Source: a virus
Lineage: Duplodnaviria; Heunggongvirae; Uroviricota; Caudoviricetes
Strand: one strand, 5' to 3'
IMG/VR virus record: IMGVR_UViG_2541047866_000002
Length of the DNA: 11,159 nt
The notes beneath the pieces are model-generated. The model was given only the letters and a program-made list of their open reading frames with translations, ran no database searches and had not been told where the DNA came from. The position numbers and the translations under genes are program-made. This document shows positions 1 to 6,702 of this stretch, one piece after another; positions within the stretch are counted from its first letter, which is position 1; each line of letters opens with the position of its first letter.

Positions 1-94
1 AGCAGAAAAAGCTTATTATGCTTCCATCGGAAACGATGATCTGGCAGCCTGAGTTCACAGATAAAACACTCTCCAGGAAACCCGGGGCGGTTCA
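1..94 (+). mobile_element. 3' end of an IS629-like (IS3 family) insertion sequence: transposase OrfB C-terminal codons plus right terminal inverted repeat
   Basis: Bases 69-94 (ctctccaggaaacccggggcggttca) are the reverse complement of the element start at 11065-11090 (tgaaccgccccgggaatcctggagac) with 3 mismatches over 26 bp, and end in the IS3-family terminal CA. The termini match what I remember of IS629/IS1203-type elements. Confidence 0.8.
2..52 (+). CDS. IS3-family transposase OrfB, C-terminal fragment (5' partial, gene continues upstream of the window)
   Basis: Frame 2 reads AEKAYYASIGNDDLAA then TGA at 50-52, open to the window edge, immediately followed by the terminal inverted repeat. 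Confidence 0.6.
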   Translation, partial: AEKAYYASIGNDDLAA

Positions 95-328
95 GAGTAG
101 CTTACGAAGCTTACCATCAGCGGCAACCATGTTCATATGAACACAGTTGAATTTGCTAATCTGCTTCATGAGTTTTGTTTGCTGCGTTGACCAGCTCATT
201 CCGAGGTTTTCAACGATTGGCTTCATCGCAACATATGCAACTCCGGCAGCCATGGCGGTGATAATTTGCTGACCGTTGAATGGCACGTAAGAGGTGTTCA
301 CTGCTTCTAAAATTGCTATACTATTCAT
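95..328 (-). pseudogene. ant: Antirepressor Ant-like gene (AntA/BRO-N type N-terminal domain), 3'-truncated by the IS insertion
   Basis: ATG at 328-326 opens [43 protein letters not shown]..., about 78 native codons. The reading frame runs straight into the IS terminus and its stop codon (94-92, TGA) is supplied by the IS end TGAACC. It lies downstream of an Arc-like gene as in P22 immI. The GTG at 394 of the ORF track is rejected as start. Confidence 0.6.
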
Positions 329-400
329 GTTGGTTTTTCTCCACGGATTTACCGACAACCGAAGCCCTGACTGTTCCAGCAGTTGGGGCTTCACTGTTTT
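329..400 (+). ncRNA. Candidate sar-like antisense RNA covering the ant ribosome-binding region
   Basis: Extended -10 element TGcTATACT at 314-322 on the plus strand (inside the ant 5' end, antisense). A stem-loop at 361-392 (gaagccc...gggcttc, 7-bp stem with an internal ctg/cag sub-stem) is followed by a T-rich tract at 393-410. Predicted transcript is about 70 nt, antisense to the ant leader. P22 encodes a small sar RNA in the equivalent position. Confidence 0.3.
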
Positions 401-560
401 GATTTCTTTGCCGCATCAAGCATCACTTCTGAAAACGTGCGCTTGCCACTGAATACTCTTTCTCTTCTCAATTTTTCGTTCGTGCCAAATGATTCGCCAT
501 GAACAAAATTTGGTCTTAAAATGGTAATCGCAATCTCTTTGACTACTGCATCCAAGCGAA

Positions 561-713
561 TCACACCGTTACCCCCTCTCTCTTCAGGCTGTCTATCAGG
601 CGCTTGATAACCTCTGAGTTAAACGACCTGCACTCTTCCTTTGCCCTGCTACCGATAGCATCCTTTAACGACTGCGGCATCCTTACCAAAATCTTACTTA
701 TTTCTTTCTCCAT
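561..713 (-). CDS. arc: Arc-like ribbon-helix-helix repressor (50 aa)
   Basis: ATG at 713-711 preceded by GGAGG with a 5-nt spacer. The product MEKEISKILVRMPQSLKDAIGSRAKEECRSFNSEVIKRLIDSLKREGVTV resembles P22 Arc (...ENGRSVNSEIYQRVMESFKKEG...). It is divergent from an Mnt-like gene. The TTG at 749 is rejected as start. Confidence 0.8.
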   Translation of the reverse strand: MEKEISKILVRMPQSLKDAIGSRAKEECRSFNSEVIKRLIDSLKREGVTV

Positions 714-827
714 GTTACCCTCCACGCAAACAACTCTTTTCGAATACAAAAGATAGCAAAGTGAGTATATCTAGTCAAAATTTTTTTGCATACACTTTGC
801 TATCAAATTGAATACCAAAGGTGTTAT
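714..827. promoter_or_regulatory. Divergent arc / mnt promoter-operator region with a perfect 12-bp inverted repeat
   Basis: gatagcaaagtg at 752-763 and its exact reverse complement cactttgctatc at 793-804, 29 bp apart. On the minus strand -35 TTGACT (plus 773-778), a 17-bp spacer and -10 TATCTT (plus 750-755) lie upstream of arc, with one repeat copy in the spacer and overlapping the -10. On the plus strand a TTGCAT -35-like hexamer (786-791) sits just 5' of the other copy; the plus-strand -10 is unclear. Confidence 0.55.
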
Positions 828-1076
828 ATGGCAAAGGGTGTGTCAATTTCTCCAACTACGGTAAGAATCCCTGAATCTTTACGCGAGGCTCTTGCTGTCA
901 GAGCATCAAAAAATGGTCGCTCTGTTAACTCCGAGATCGTCATGATTTTGCAAGCCGCGATTGATGAAGATAGGTCGCCAAAGTCAGTTGAGTCATTTGC
1001 TCAGCAAGAAGCTGATAAATTCAAAGAGGCGCTACTTGAGACGCTAAAGACCATGTATGCTAAGGATGAAAAATAA
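828..1076 (+). CDS. mnt: Mnt-like ribbon-helix-helix repressor (82 aa)
   Basis: ATG at 828. The product MAKGVSISPTTVRIPESLREALAVRASKNGRSVNSEIVMILQAA...KFKEALLETLKTMYAKDEK resembles P22 Mnt along its length (GRSMNSELLQIVQDAL ... KKMVFDTLKDLYKK). It is divergent from arc as in immI. The stop TAA at 1074-1076 overlaps the next ATG (TAATG). Confidence 0.8.
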   Translation: MAKGVSISPTTVRIPESLREALAVRASKNGRSVNSEIVMILQAAIDEDRSPKSVESFAQQEADKFKEALLETLKTMYAKDEK

Positions 1077-1612
1077 TGCTGCACACAATTCATTTCTTAT
1101 GCCCTGTTAACACTGCCACTGTTGGGCAACTTCAGAACCACTGTCTCACCGCATTATCTCAAGGCGCAACTGAATTAAATATCCATATATCAAGTCAGGG
1201 AGGGGAAACTGCTGCTGGCTTTACTGCGTATAACTTTCTTAAGTCACTCCCTGTTACCGTTAGAACTCACAACATAAGCAATGTTGAATCCATAGCTAAT
1301 ATCGTTTTCCTGGCTGGCTCAGAACGTTTCGCAAACCCATTATCAAGATTCCTGTTACATCCTCTATTATGGTGCTTTGCCTCCCCAGCCGCCGACCATG
1401 CCAGATTGAGAGAGTACGGGAAATGCCTCGATAACGATCTTGATCGCTTCGTTGAGACGTTCAATATCGACATCGGAACCCATATTAGGTGGGCATCCCT
1501 GATAGCAGACTCGACCATTTTGGATGCTAACAAGGCTCTTGAGCATGGCATAATTAATTCCATAAAAACTGCAAGGCTGGCATCCAATCAGGCAAACTGG
1601 TGGGTTGTTTGA
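1076..1612 (+). CDS. ClpP-fold (S14-like) serine peptidase, short stand-alone form (178 aa)
   Basis: Start overlaps the mnt stop (TAATG). ISSQGGETAAGFTAYNFL aligns by eye to ClpP INSPGGVITAGMSIYDTM; NVESIANIVFLAGSERFANPLSRFLLHPL to [32 protein letters not shown]; the C-terminal ILDANKALEHGIINSI to FLSAPEAVEYGLVDSI. Candidate Ser (ESIA), His (LLHP) and Asp (IADSTILD) residues are present. Family assignment is from memory, not a search. Confidence 0.6.
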   Translation: MLHTIHFLCPVNTATVGQLQNHCLTALSQGATELNIHISSQGGETAAGFTAYNFLKSLPVTVRTHNISNVESIANIVFLAGSERFANPLSRFLLHPLLWCFASPAADHARLREYGKCLDNDLDRFVETFNIDIGTHIRWASLIADSTILDANKALEHGIINSIKTARLASNQANWWVV

Positions 1613-1630
1613 TGGGTAAATCATGATTAC

Positions 1631-1662
1631 TCCTTATAAAAAACCCACCTGACGGTGGGTTT
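1631..1662. terminator. Stem-loop terminator between the convergent ClpP-like and YafO-like genes
   Basis: aaacccacc-tgac-ggtgggttt at 1641-1662 (9-bp perfect stem, 4-nt loop). On the minus strand it is followed by TTTTTATAAGGAG (plus 1631-1640), a canonical intrinsic terminator for the minus-strand cassette. On the plus strand the downstream T-tract is weak. Confidence 0.55.
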
Positions 1663-2110
1663 AGTCAAACATAGTGTTTCTAAAGTCTCTCGCATACCCT
1701 GCTAACACTCTCATTCTATTATGATTGTTAGCAGACATGTGAGCTACAGGATGAAAAAGAGCAATCAATGAATACCTGTTCTCATCAAAAAGATTTTGTG
1801 CATAAACGAGAGCGGTATTGGATGTTTTATGCCACTGCAACTTTTGCGGTGTGCTGATATCTGTGCCATTTTTTATTGGCTCAAATTTATTTTCACCAAT
1901 TGCTAAATGAAGGTGCATAAGGCCTGCATCTTCAATATCAGGAGGTCGATGATAAGAGGTGTCTCTGCCAAAATAGCTGGGCAACGTTCCCGTAGACTTG
2001 TAGATGATAAAATCATCTACAAGTGTTTGTTTTAAATCAGGAAACTCAACAAAAACCGGGGAGAAAAAATAGTCAAAACTATCCTGATTATATTCCACGG
2101 TTACTTGCAT
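1661..2110 (-). CDS. YafO-family toxin-like protein (149 aa)
   Basis: ATG at 2110-2108 with GAGGT 5 nt upstream, located inside the 3' end of the preceding gene. The product aligns by eye with E. coli YafO as I remember it: DFIIYKSTGTLPSYFGRD / DFISYKRDGVLPDTFGRD; HLHLAIGENKF / HIHLANENNPF; ALVYAQNLFDE...LIALFHPVAH / HLVYCQGAFDE...LIAILKPEPH; and a C-terminal N..M......A..FR pattern. Confidence 0.7.
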   Translation of the reverse strand: MQVTVEYNQDSFDYFFSPVFVEFPDLKQTLVDDFIIYKSTGTLPSYFGRDTSYHRPPDIEDAGLMHLHLAIGENKFEPIKNGTDISTPQKLQWHKTSNTALVYAQNLFDENRYSLIALFHPVAHMSANNHNRMRVLAGYARDFRNTMFD

Positions 2111-2118
2111 GTTTTACC

Positions 2119-2685
2119 TCAGTGGAAGTTACCAGAGTGAAACACACGAGTCCCGTGCTCAGCAAGCGCACGCAAACCAGCCATATCTACGGAACTATCA
2201 AAAACAACCGGAACACATGAGCGTTGTTTAATAAGACTATTCAGGTTGGTTACGGCAGATCTGGCATCAGCAACAACGATATAGATATCTCTTGCGATCT
2301 CTTTAAAATCAGCAGAAGCTTCTTTGAATACCGATTTCATTGCCCCTTCAAGTCCTCTCAATTGATGCTCTATCAATCGAGACTTTTCTGGTTCAATGAT
2401 AGACAACACATTGTCTACATTCTCATCGGTAGCGTTTGCAAGAACACGATAAGCGTATTTCAGCATTCGAGACAATTCTTTAATCGAAGACACCGCCTCA
2501 TGAAGCTCATCATTAGCCCGTTCACTGCTGAATGAGGATTGATGGTAAGCGTGCTGAACGTTATCAGTAACAACCACCTCACAACTGAACGCAGAAGCTT
2601 GCTGTAATAGCAAACCTATTGCGACTCCAGCTTTGGCAGCGTTCAAGCTAAACATTTCATCAATCCCATTAGTCTCATTGCTCAT
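2119..2685 (-). CDS. Hypothetical protein (188 aa), upstream partner of the YafO-like gene (antitoxin position)
   Basis: ATG at 2685-2683 preceded by AAGGAGG with a 5-nt spacer. Its stop TGA at 2121-2119 lies 8 nt before the YafO-like start. No motif I recognise (no obvious RHH/HTH). The longer ORF start at 2715 is rejected because it lacks an RBS. Confidence 0.6.
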   Translation of the reverse strand: MSNETNGIDEMFSLNAAKAGVAIGLLLQQASAFSCEVVVTDNVQHAYHQSSFSSERANDELHEAVSSIKELSRMLKYAYRVLANATDENVDNVLSIIEPEKSRLIEHQLRGLEGAMKSVFKEASADFKEIARDIYIVVADARSAVTNLNSLIKQRSCVPVVFDSSVDMAGLRALAEHGTRVFHSGNFH

Positions 2686-2860
2686 ACAAACCTCCTTCTT
2701 ATCGGAGATTATCAATAGCTATGCATCCATTGAATACACGCTATGCGCAATAAGTTTACGTCACGTGATATCATTATGCAACCACCGTTCTATCACCGAC
2801 TAACTTTACTCCCACTCCTATACATCATCTGGTATCCTGCGCAAAACTAAGGAGGTTGGT
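2686..2860. promoter_or_regulatory. Divergent intergenic region between the 188-aa gene and the membrane-protein gene, with candidate promoter and palindrome
   Basis: On the minus strand TTGCAT (plus 2776-2781), a 17-nt spacer and TAAACT form a plausible sigma70-like promoter for the cassette. The spacer contains the 8-bp palindrome TCACGTGA (2761-2768). Promoter for the plus-strand gene not confidently placed. Confidence 0.35.
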
Positions 2861-3211
2861 GTGAATGCTCAGTCTGTCATCATGGTTTTCCTTGGGCTGA
2901 TTGTCGCAAAACTATATCCAGACTGGTGGAAAGGGGCATTAGCTACTGTCGCCATCTATTTGCTTTTATCCATCGTTAAGCGATCACTCGCTGAGACCGT
3001 AAATCAAGCAAAACGTTTCTCATTTAAGAGTTTAATAAACTATGTTACTGGGCTTATTTTTTGCCTTTCAATTCTGATCGCTTCGGCTTTTTTGCCCGTA
3101 TCAATAGCTAATTTTTTTGGCGCACCATATGAGGTAGGTTATCTATTCTCTGTTTCCTGTCTTGCCATTGCTCTTCTTTACCTGTGGACGAGATCAAAGA
3201 ATAAAAATTAG
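2861..3211 (+). CDS. Small integral membrane protein with 4 predicted TM helices (116 aa), in the position and orientation of P22 sieA
   Basis: GTG at 2861 with GGAGG at 2851-2855 (5-nt spacer). Four hydrophobic stretches (VIMVFLGLIVAKLY, ALATVAIYLLLSIV, LIFCLSILIASAFLPVSIANFFG, YLFSVSCLAIALLYLW). Convergent with gene 16 and AT-rich. Confidence 0.6.
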   Translation: MNAQSVIMVFLGLIVAKLYPDWWKGALATVAIYLLLSIVKRSLAETVNQAKRFSFKSLINYVTGLIFCLSILIASAFLPVSIANFFGAPYEVGYLFSVSCLAIALLYLWTRSKNKN

Positions 3212-3223
3212 CCATCCGTGGCT
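3196..3223 (-). terminator. Short hairpin plus U-tract at the 3' end of the late operon (after gene 16)
   Basis: agcca-tccg-tggct at 3210-3223 (5-bp stem), followed on the minus strand by AATTTTTATTCTTT. The stem is short, so strength is uncertain. Confidence 0.35.
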
Positions 3224-3228
3224 GCCAG

Positions 3229-5244
3229 TTATTGAGCTTCTTTTTGTGATGCCTGTGCGACTCTGGTGAGCGATTGTGTGACCGTACTGATCGCTCTGTC
3301 ATATGCTGTGCTACCTTTTGGCGTATTTGCCAGACGTAACAAGGCATTTCGTATAACAGGGCTTTCGTATGCCTTCGCAGCTCCTCCTACGACACCAGCA
3401 GCAGGAACAACAAACGCAGCCGTTTTTAGCATCCCCGCTAATACTGCTGCGTTTATGATGCCACCACCAACTAACAATCCATAAAGCTGCTGACCATTTA
3501 AGTTTTGAACGTTCGCTTTTGCCGCGTGTCTTGTATCGTTGAGGTATTTAATAACGCCGTCCAGTTCCTTTCCATGTACGCCTTTAAAGAAAGTTGCTGA
3601 TTGCTTCCTGTTCCGGTGTAACGCATTAATAAACTTTTCAACACTAATATTTCCAGACGGATCAGTCGCCTTATCTACAGCATTCTGAACTATGGCTGCT
3701 CGTGCGTTTTGCCTACCATTGTCATCCAGAAGCCTGTAAAGCTGAGAACGTTCTGATGGGTTTTGGCTAAAAACGAGTTTTGTTACATCCTCAGGTGTAG
3801 CCTTGCCGCTGGCTATTGCCTTTTGAACGCGCGTTCTTCCCATCATGTCATTGAATCTAGCCCATGAGCGATCAACCCTAGACATATTGGCAGCTTCTTC
3901 TGAGCCTAGTTTTTGGGATACTGCTTTTTTCATATCCGCTGTATATGCCTTGTAGACAATATCGCTGGCTTTCTGGAGCGTGTCTTTATCAACAGTCTCG
4001 TTTGAATTCATGAACCGCTTTCGAAGGTCAGTTCTGTTTTCTCTCGCCAGACGCAGGTCATTGGGTCCGCTGGTGATATCGTCTTTAAATTGCTGCAAGA
4101 CTTTTACCGCGGCTCTATCCTGAGATTTGCCCGGGCGGCTTAACACGGCAATCTGATTGTCGATAGCTTTTACCGTGTTTGAGAGATCGACAGGGGTATC
4201 CCCCATAGCGTCAATTATGCGGTTATATCGCTTTCCTGCTGCCTCAATGAATTTTTGTTGCCCTTTAGTCGCAGATTCATAAAGCTGTTTATCAGAAATG
4301 CCACCCAGACCATCGCTAAATGTTCTGACTAAATTTTCTCGTGCTTGTTGTTGATTCAGCCGATTCTTACCGGTTCCAAAAAAAGGAACTCTTTCGCCTA
4401 ATGTCTGAGCCTGACTCTGCATAAAGGTTTTATCTTTCAGCGTGTCACTGGTCATTAACGGCAGGTTTCTTTCCGACGCAAAATCGACAGCAGCCTTTGC
4501 TTCCGGTGACATCTCACCGCGAACAGCCCTGGAAACCGCACTAACTGTATTTTCCAGCCCCTTGCCAACACCACCAATGCCAGCAGAAATTACCGTTTGT
4601 GCAGGATCAATATCTTCTCCGCCAGCAAGGCTGGTGCCACCCTGTAGTGCTAAATCTGTAGCAGCTGATTTCCCTATGGCACCAAGCACCGTTCCAGCCC
4701 TGCCCGCTGGTGTGAACGCTAACGCATTAGCAAGAAACGAAGTCAGGTCTTGCGGTGATAAACCTGGCTTGTTCAGGGCATAATCACCGGATGGCAGGGA
4801 AACGATAGTGTTACCCTTCTCATCCTGCCTTAATTTCGCCCCCATACTCTGAAGAATCTTTTCCTGAGACGCGTCGGAGCCGAAAAGTTGAGACCATCCA
4901 GCCTTCAGGGCATCCATGCTTAGTGAGTTCAACTCAGGGGCAGCCCCAACATTTTGCAGTCTCTCCATTTCTGGTGTCATTCGGCTTTCACCGGTAACGG
5001 CATCGCGCATTGCAGCACCTAAAACAGCCCCTTGCTCAGCAGAGCGATCTAGTCCTTCCTTCTGCTGAGTGGCAAGCTGTGCATATCCTGATGCAAGTGA
5101 GTTGTCTGCTGGCGATTGCTGAACACCTTGTTGTGTTGGCGCTGACTGACCAGCAAAATACTCATCAATGGCGGACCCAATATCTTCCGTGCTCGTACCA
5201 TCAGGAAAGGTAAATGTCTTACCATTTGCAGTTACTTTCATCAT
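3229..5244 (-). CDS. Ejection (injection) protein, P22 gene 16-like
   Basis: 671-codon ORF, third of three consecutive genes after a gp7-like gene as in P22 (7-20-16). Starts [16 protein letters not shown]... at tandem ATGs (5244 and 5241) that overlap the gene 20 stop (ATGATGA); the true start may be 5241. Gly/Ala-rich. Confidence 0.75.
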   Translation of the reverse strand: MMKVTANGKTFTFPDGTSTEDIGSAIDEYFAGQSAPTQQGVQQSPADNSLASGYAQLATQQKEGLDRSAEQGAVLGAAMRDAVTGESRMTPEMERLQNVGAAPELNSLSMDALKAGWSQLFGSDASQEKILQSMGAKLRQDEKGNTIVSLPSGDYALNKPGLSPQDLTSFLANALAFTPAGRAGTVLGAIGKSAATDLALQGGTSLAGGEDIDPAQTVISAGIGGVGKGLENTVSAVSRAVRGEMSPEAKAAVDFASERNLPLMTSDTLKDKTFMQSQAQTLGERVPFFGTGKNRLNQQQARENLVRTFSDGLGGISDKQLYESATKGQQKFIEAAGKRYNRIIDAMGDTPVDLSNTVKAIDNQIAVLSRPGKSQDRAAVKVLQQFKDDITSGPNDLRLARENRTDLRKRFMNSNETVDKDTLQKASDIVYKAYTADMKKAVSQKLGSEEAANMSRVDRSWARFNDMMGRTRVQKAIASGKATPEDVTKLVFSQNPSERSQLYRLLDDNGRQNARAAIVQNAVDKATDPSGNISVEKFINALHRNRKQSATFFKGVHGKELDGVIKYLNDTRHAAKANVQNLNGQQLYGLLVGGGIINAAVLAGMLKTAAFVVPAAGVVGGAAKAYESPVIRNALLRLANTPKGSTAYDRAISTVTQSLTRVAQASQKEAQ

Positions 5245-6692
5245 TCCACCGTAAATTGAATGCCTGATTTTGACGTGTAGCTACCTCCTGCTGATTGCTG
5301 AGTAGCTGGCTGTTGCCTTGATGATTTCTTCCCGCCATTACCAACATTAACGTTATATTGCTGGTTGTAATTGTCGGTATATTGCTGAATGTCGCGCATT
5401 GATTGTTGCAGCGCTTCAGGACTTGAGAAATCAGGCTTTGGCATACCCTGAAAATACCTATTGGCCTCTGCTTCGGTGTTGATGCCAGATGCCCCCATAT
5501 CTCGGGCTGCTGCAATCCCCTGATTTTGCATTTTGCCCATGATTCGCTGTGCAGCGTTGTATAGCCTCCTCTCCTCAACACCAGATGCCCTGCTACGAAT
5601 ATCTGCACCAAGAGCAAAAGAACCTGAAGAACCTGTAATACCTGTCATGAAGCCAAGATCGTCAATTGATGCGCCAGAAATTGCATCAAGATCTTTCTTC
5701 ATTTCGTAATTCTGTGCATTAGCTGCCGATGTAGCCGGAGCAGCAATAGAACTGGCGGGGACGCGAATCATATTGCCCTCGTTGTCTATTCCTTCGTAGA
5801 ACGCATTAGCACCAGCGCCGTGAAGCTTCCTACCAACCGTTACCGTTCTGCCATCTGCCAGTTGCACAACATTCTCCCCGCCAGCATCAGGACGACCTCG
5901 AACACGAAGATATGTCTTTTGTTGCTCTGGAGACAGGCTGTTGAAATATTGATATTCTTTAACAGATGCAGGAACAGCACCTCCAGCAGTGCGCAGGGAG
6001 TTTTCACGGCTAACAGCAATGCTTTGCGCCTTTAAACCTTCCCCAGCTTTATTGCTGCGAATCGTCTCTGCCAACTTGCCACGCTCAATATCCCGACCTT
6101 CCATTTGATCTTTGATATCGAAATACTTCTCATGACCGAGAGAAAATAGTGCCAGATTACCTGCGAAGTGCTGGAAGCCCTGCGGGTCATTAACCTGCAT
6201 TTCCGCAATAGTTTCTGGAGGGATACCTAAACGACGCATCTCCTTTTCGTTATCCATCATGAACCTGCCAAATGCACCCGGACCAAGCGACGAAGCGACC
6301 TGAGCCTTAAGCGCCAGATTGCCAAAATCATCCCGCTGGGCGTCATCGACATACCCCATGCCTTTACGGACTTCCTCAAACTCTTCGGGGAATGCTGTAA
6401 TAAGATTACGCATCTGCTCCCTGTCGCCGGACGCATAAGCATCCGCATAACCTTTCTGGAATGCCGCTTTACGCTCCTGCTTTTGCTGCTGCTTATAAAT
6501 ATCAGCAACTCCAGCCAGACCACGAAGACCTGTCAGAGCAACGTTATTTGCACCTGATCGAGCCAGTTCATTGTTTTCGCGGATCAGACCAAGCGTTGCG
6601 TTAATGTCGCTTGCCTTTGGCGCATTCTCATTTTGCGTACCGATGCCAGCCAGAAACCCACCAGAATTAATACCCTGTTGCCACGTAGCCAT
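5241..6692 (-). CDS. Ejection (injection) protein, P22 gene 20-like
   Basis: 483 aa (P22 gp20 is 471 aa as I recall). ATG at 6692 preceded by AAGGGG. Synteny between the gene 7- and gene 16-like ORFs. Confidence 0.75.
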   Translation of the reverse strand: MATWQQGINSGGFLAGIGTQNENAPKASDINATLGLIRENNELARSGANNVALTGLRGLAGVADIYKQQQKQERKAAFQKGYADAYASGDREQMRNLITAFPEEFEEVRKGMGYVDDAQRDDFGNLALKAQVASSLGPGAFGRFMMDNEKEMRRLGIPPETIAEMQVNDPQGFQHFAGNLALFSLGHEKYFDIKDQMEGRDIERGKLAETIRSNKAGEGLKAQSIAVSRENSLRTAGGAVPASVKEYQYFNSLSPEQQKTYLRVRGRPDAGGENVVQLADGRTVTVGRKLHGAGANAFYEGIDNEGNMIRVPASSIAAPATSAANAQNYEMKKDLDAISGASIDDLGFMTGITGSSGSFALGADIRSRASGVEERRLYNAAQRIMGKMQNQGIAAARDMGASGINTEAEANRYFQGMPKPDFSSPEALQQSMRDIQQYTDNYNQQYNVNVGNGGKKSSRQQPATQQSAGGSYTSKSGIQFTVE

Positions 6693-6702
6693 TGATTACC
6701 CC

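Noticed and set aside
329-394. Upstream GTG start (394) for the ant-like ORF
   Set aside because: No RBS and it would bury the candidate antisense promoter and terminator in coding sequence. The ATG at 328 gives an AntA-like N-terminus directly.
1267-1624. ORFs 1267-1587 and 1367-1624 on the minus strand (106 and 85 aa)
   Set aside because: They lie antisense inside the ClpP-like gene, have no RBS, and their products are low-complexity without recognisable motifs. Treated as spurious shadow ORFs.
2023-2535. Plus-strand ORFs 2023-2220 and 2224-2535
   Set aside because: Antisense to the 188-aa / YafO-like cassette, with no RBS and products unlike any known protein. Shadow ORFs.
3108-3347. Minus-strand ORF 3108-3347 (79 aa) spanning the convergent gene ends
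   Set aside because: It overlaps both the membrane-protein 3' end and the gene 16 3' end in another frame. The basic, low-complexity product is typical of an out-of-frame artefact.
3266-5213. Plus-strand ORFs 3266-3484, 4442-4783 and 5010-5213 inside gene 16
   Set aside because: Antisense to a long, well-supported structural gene. Pro/Ala-rich products reflect the reverse complement of Gly/Ala codons.
5219-5617. Minus-strand ORF 5219-5617 (132 aa)
   Set aside because: Alternate frame inside the 3' end of the gene 20-like ORF; no independent start signal.
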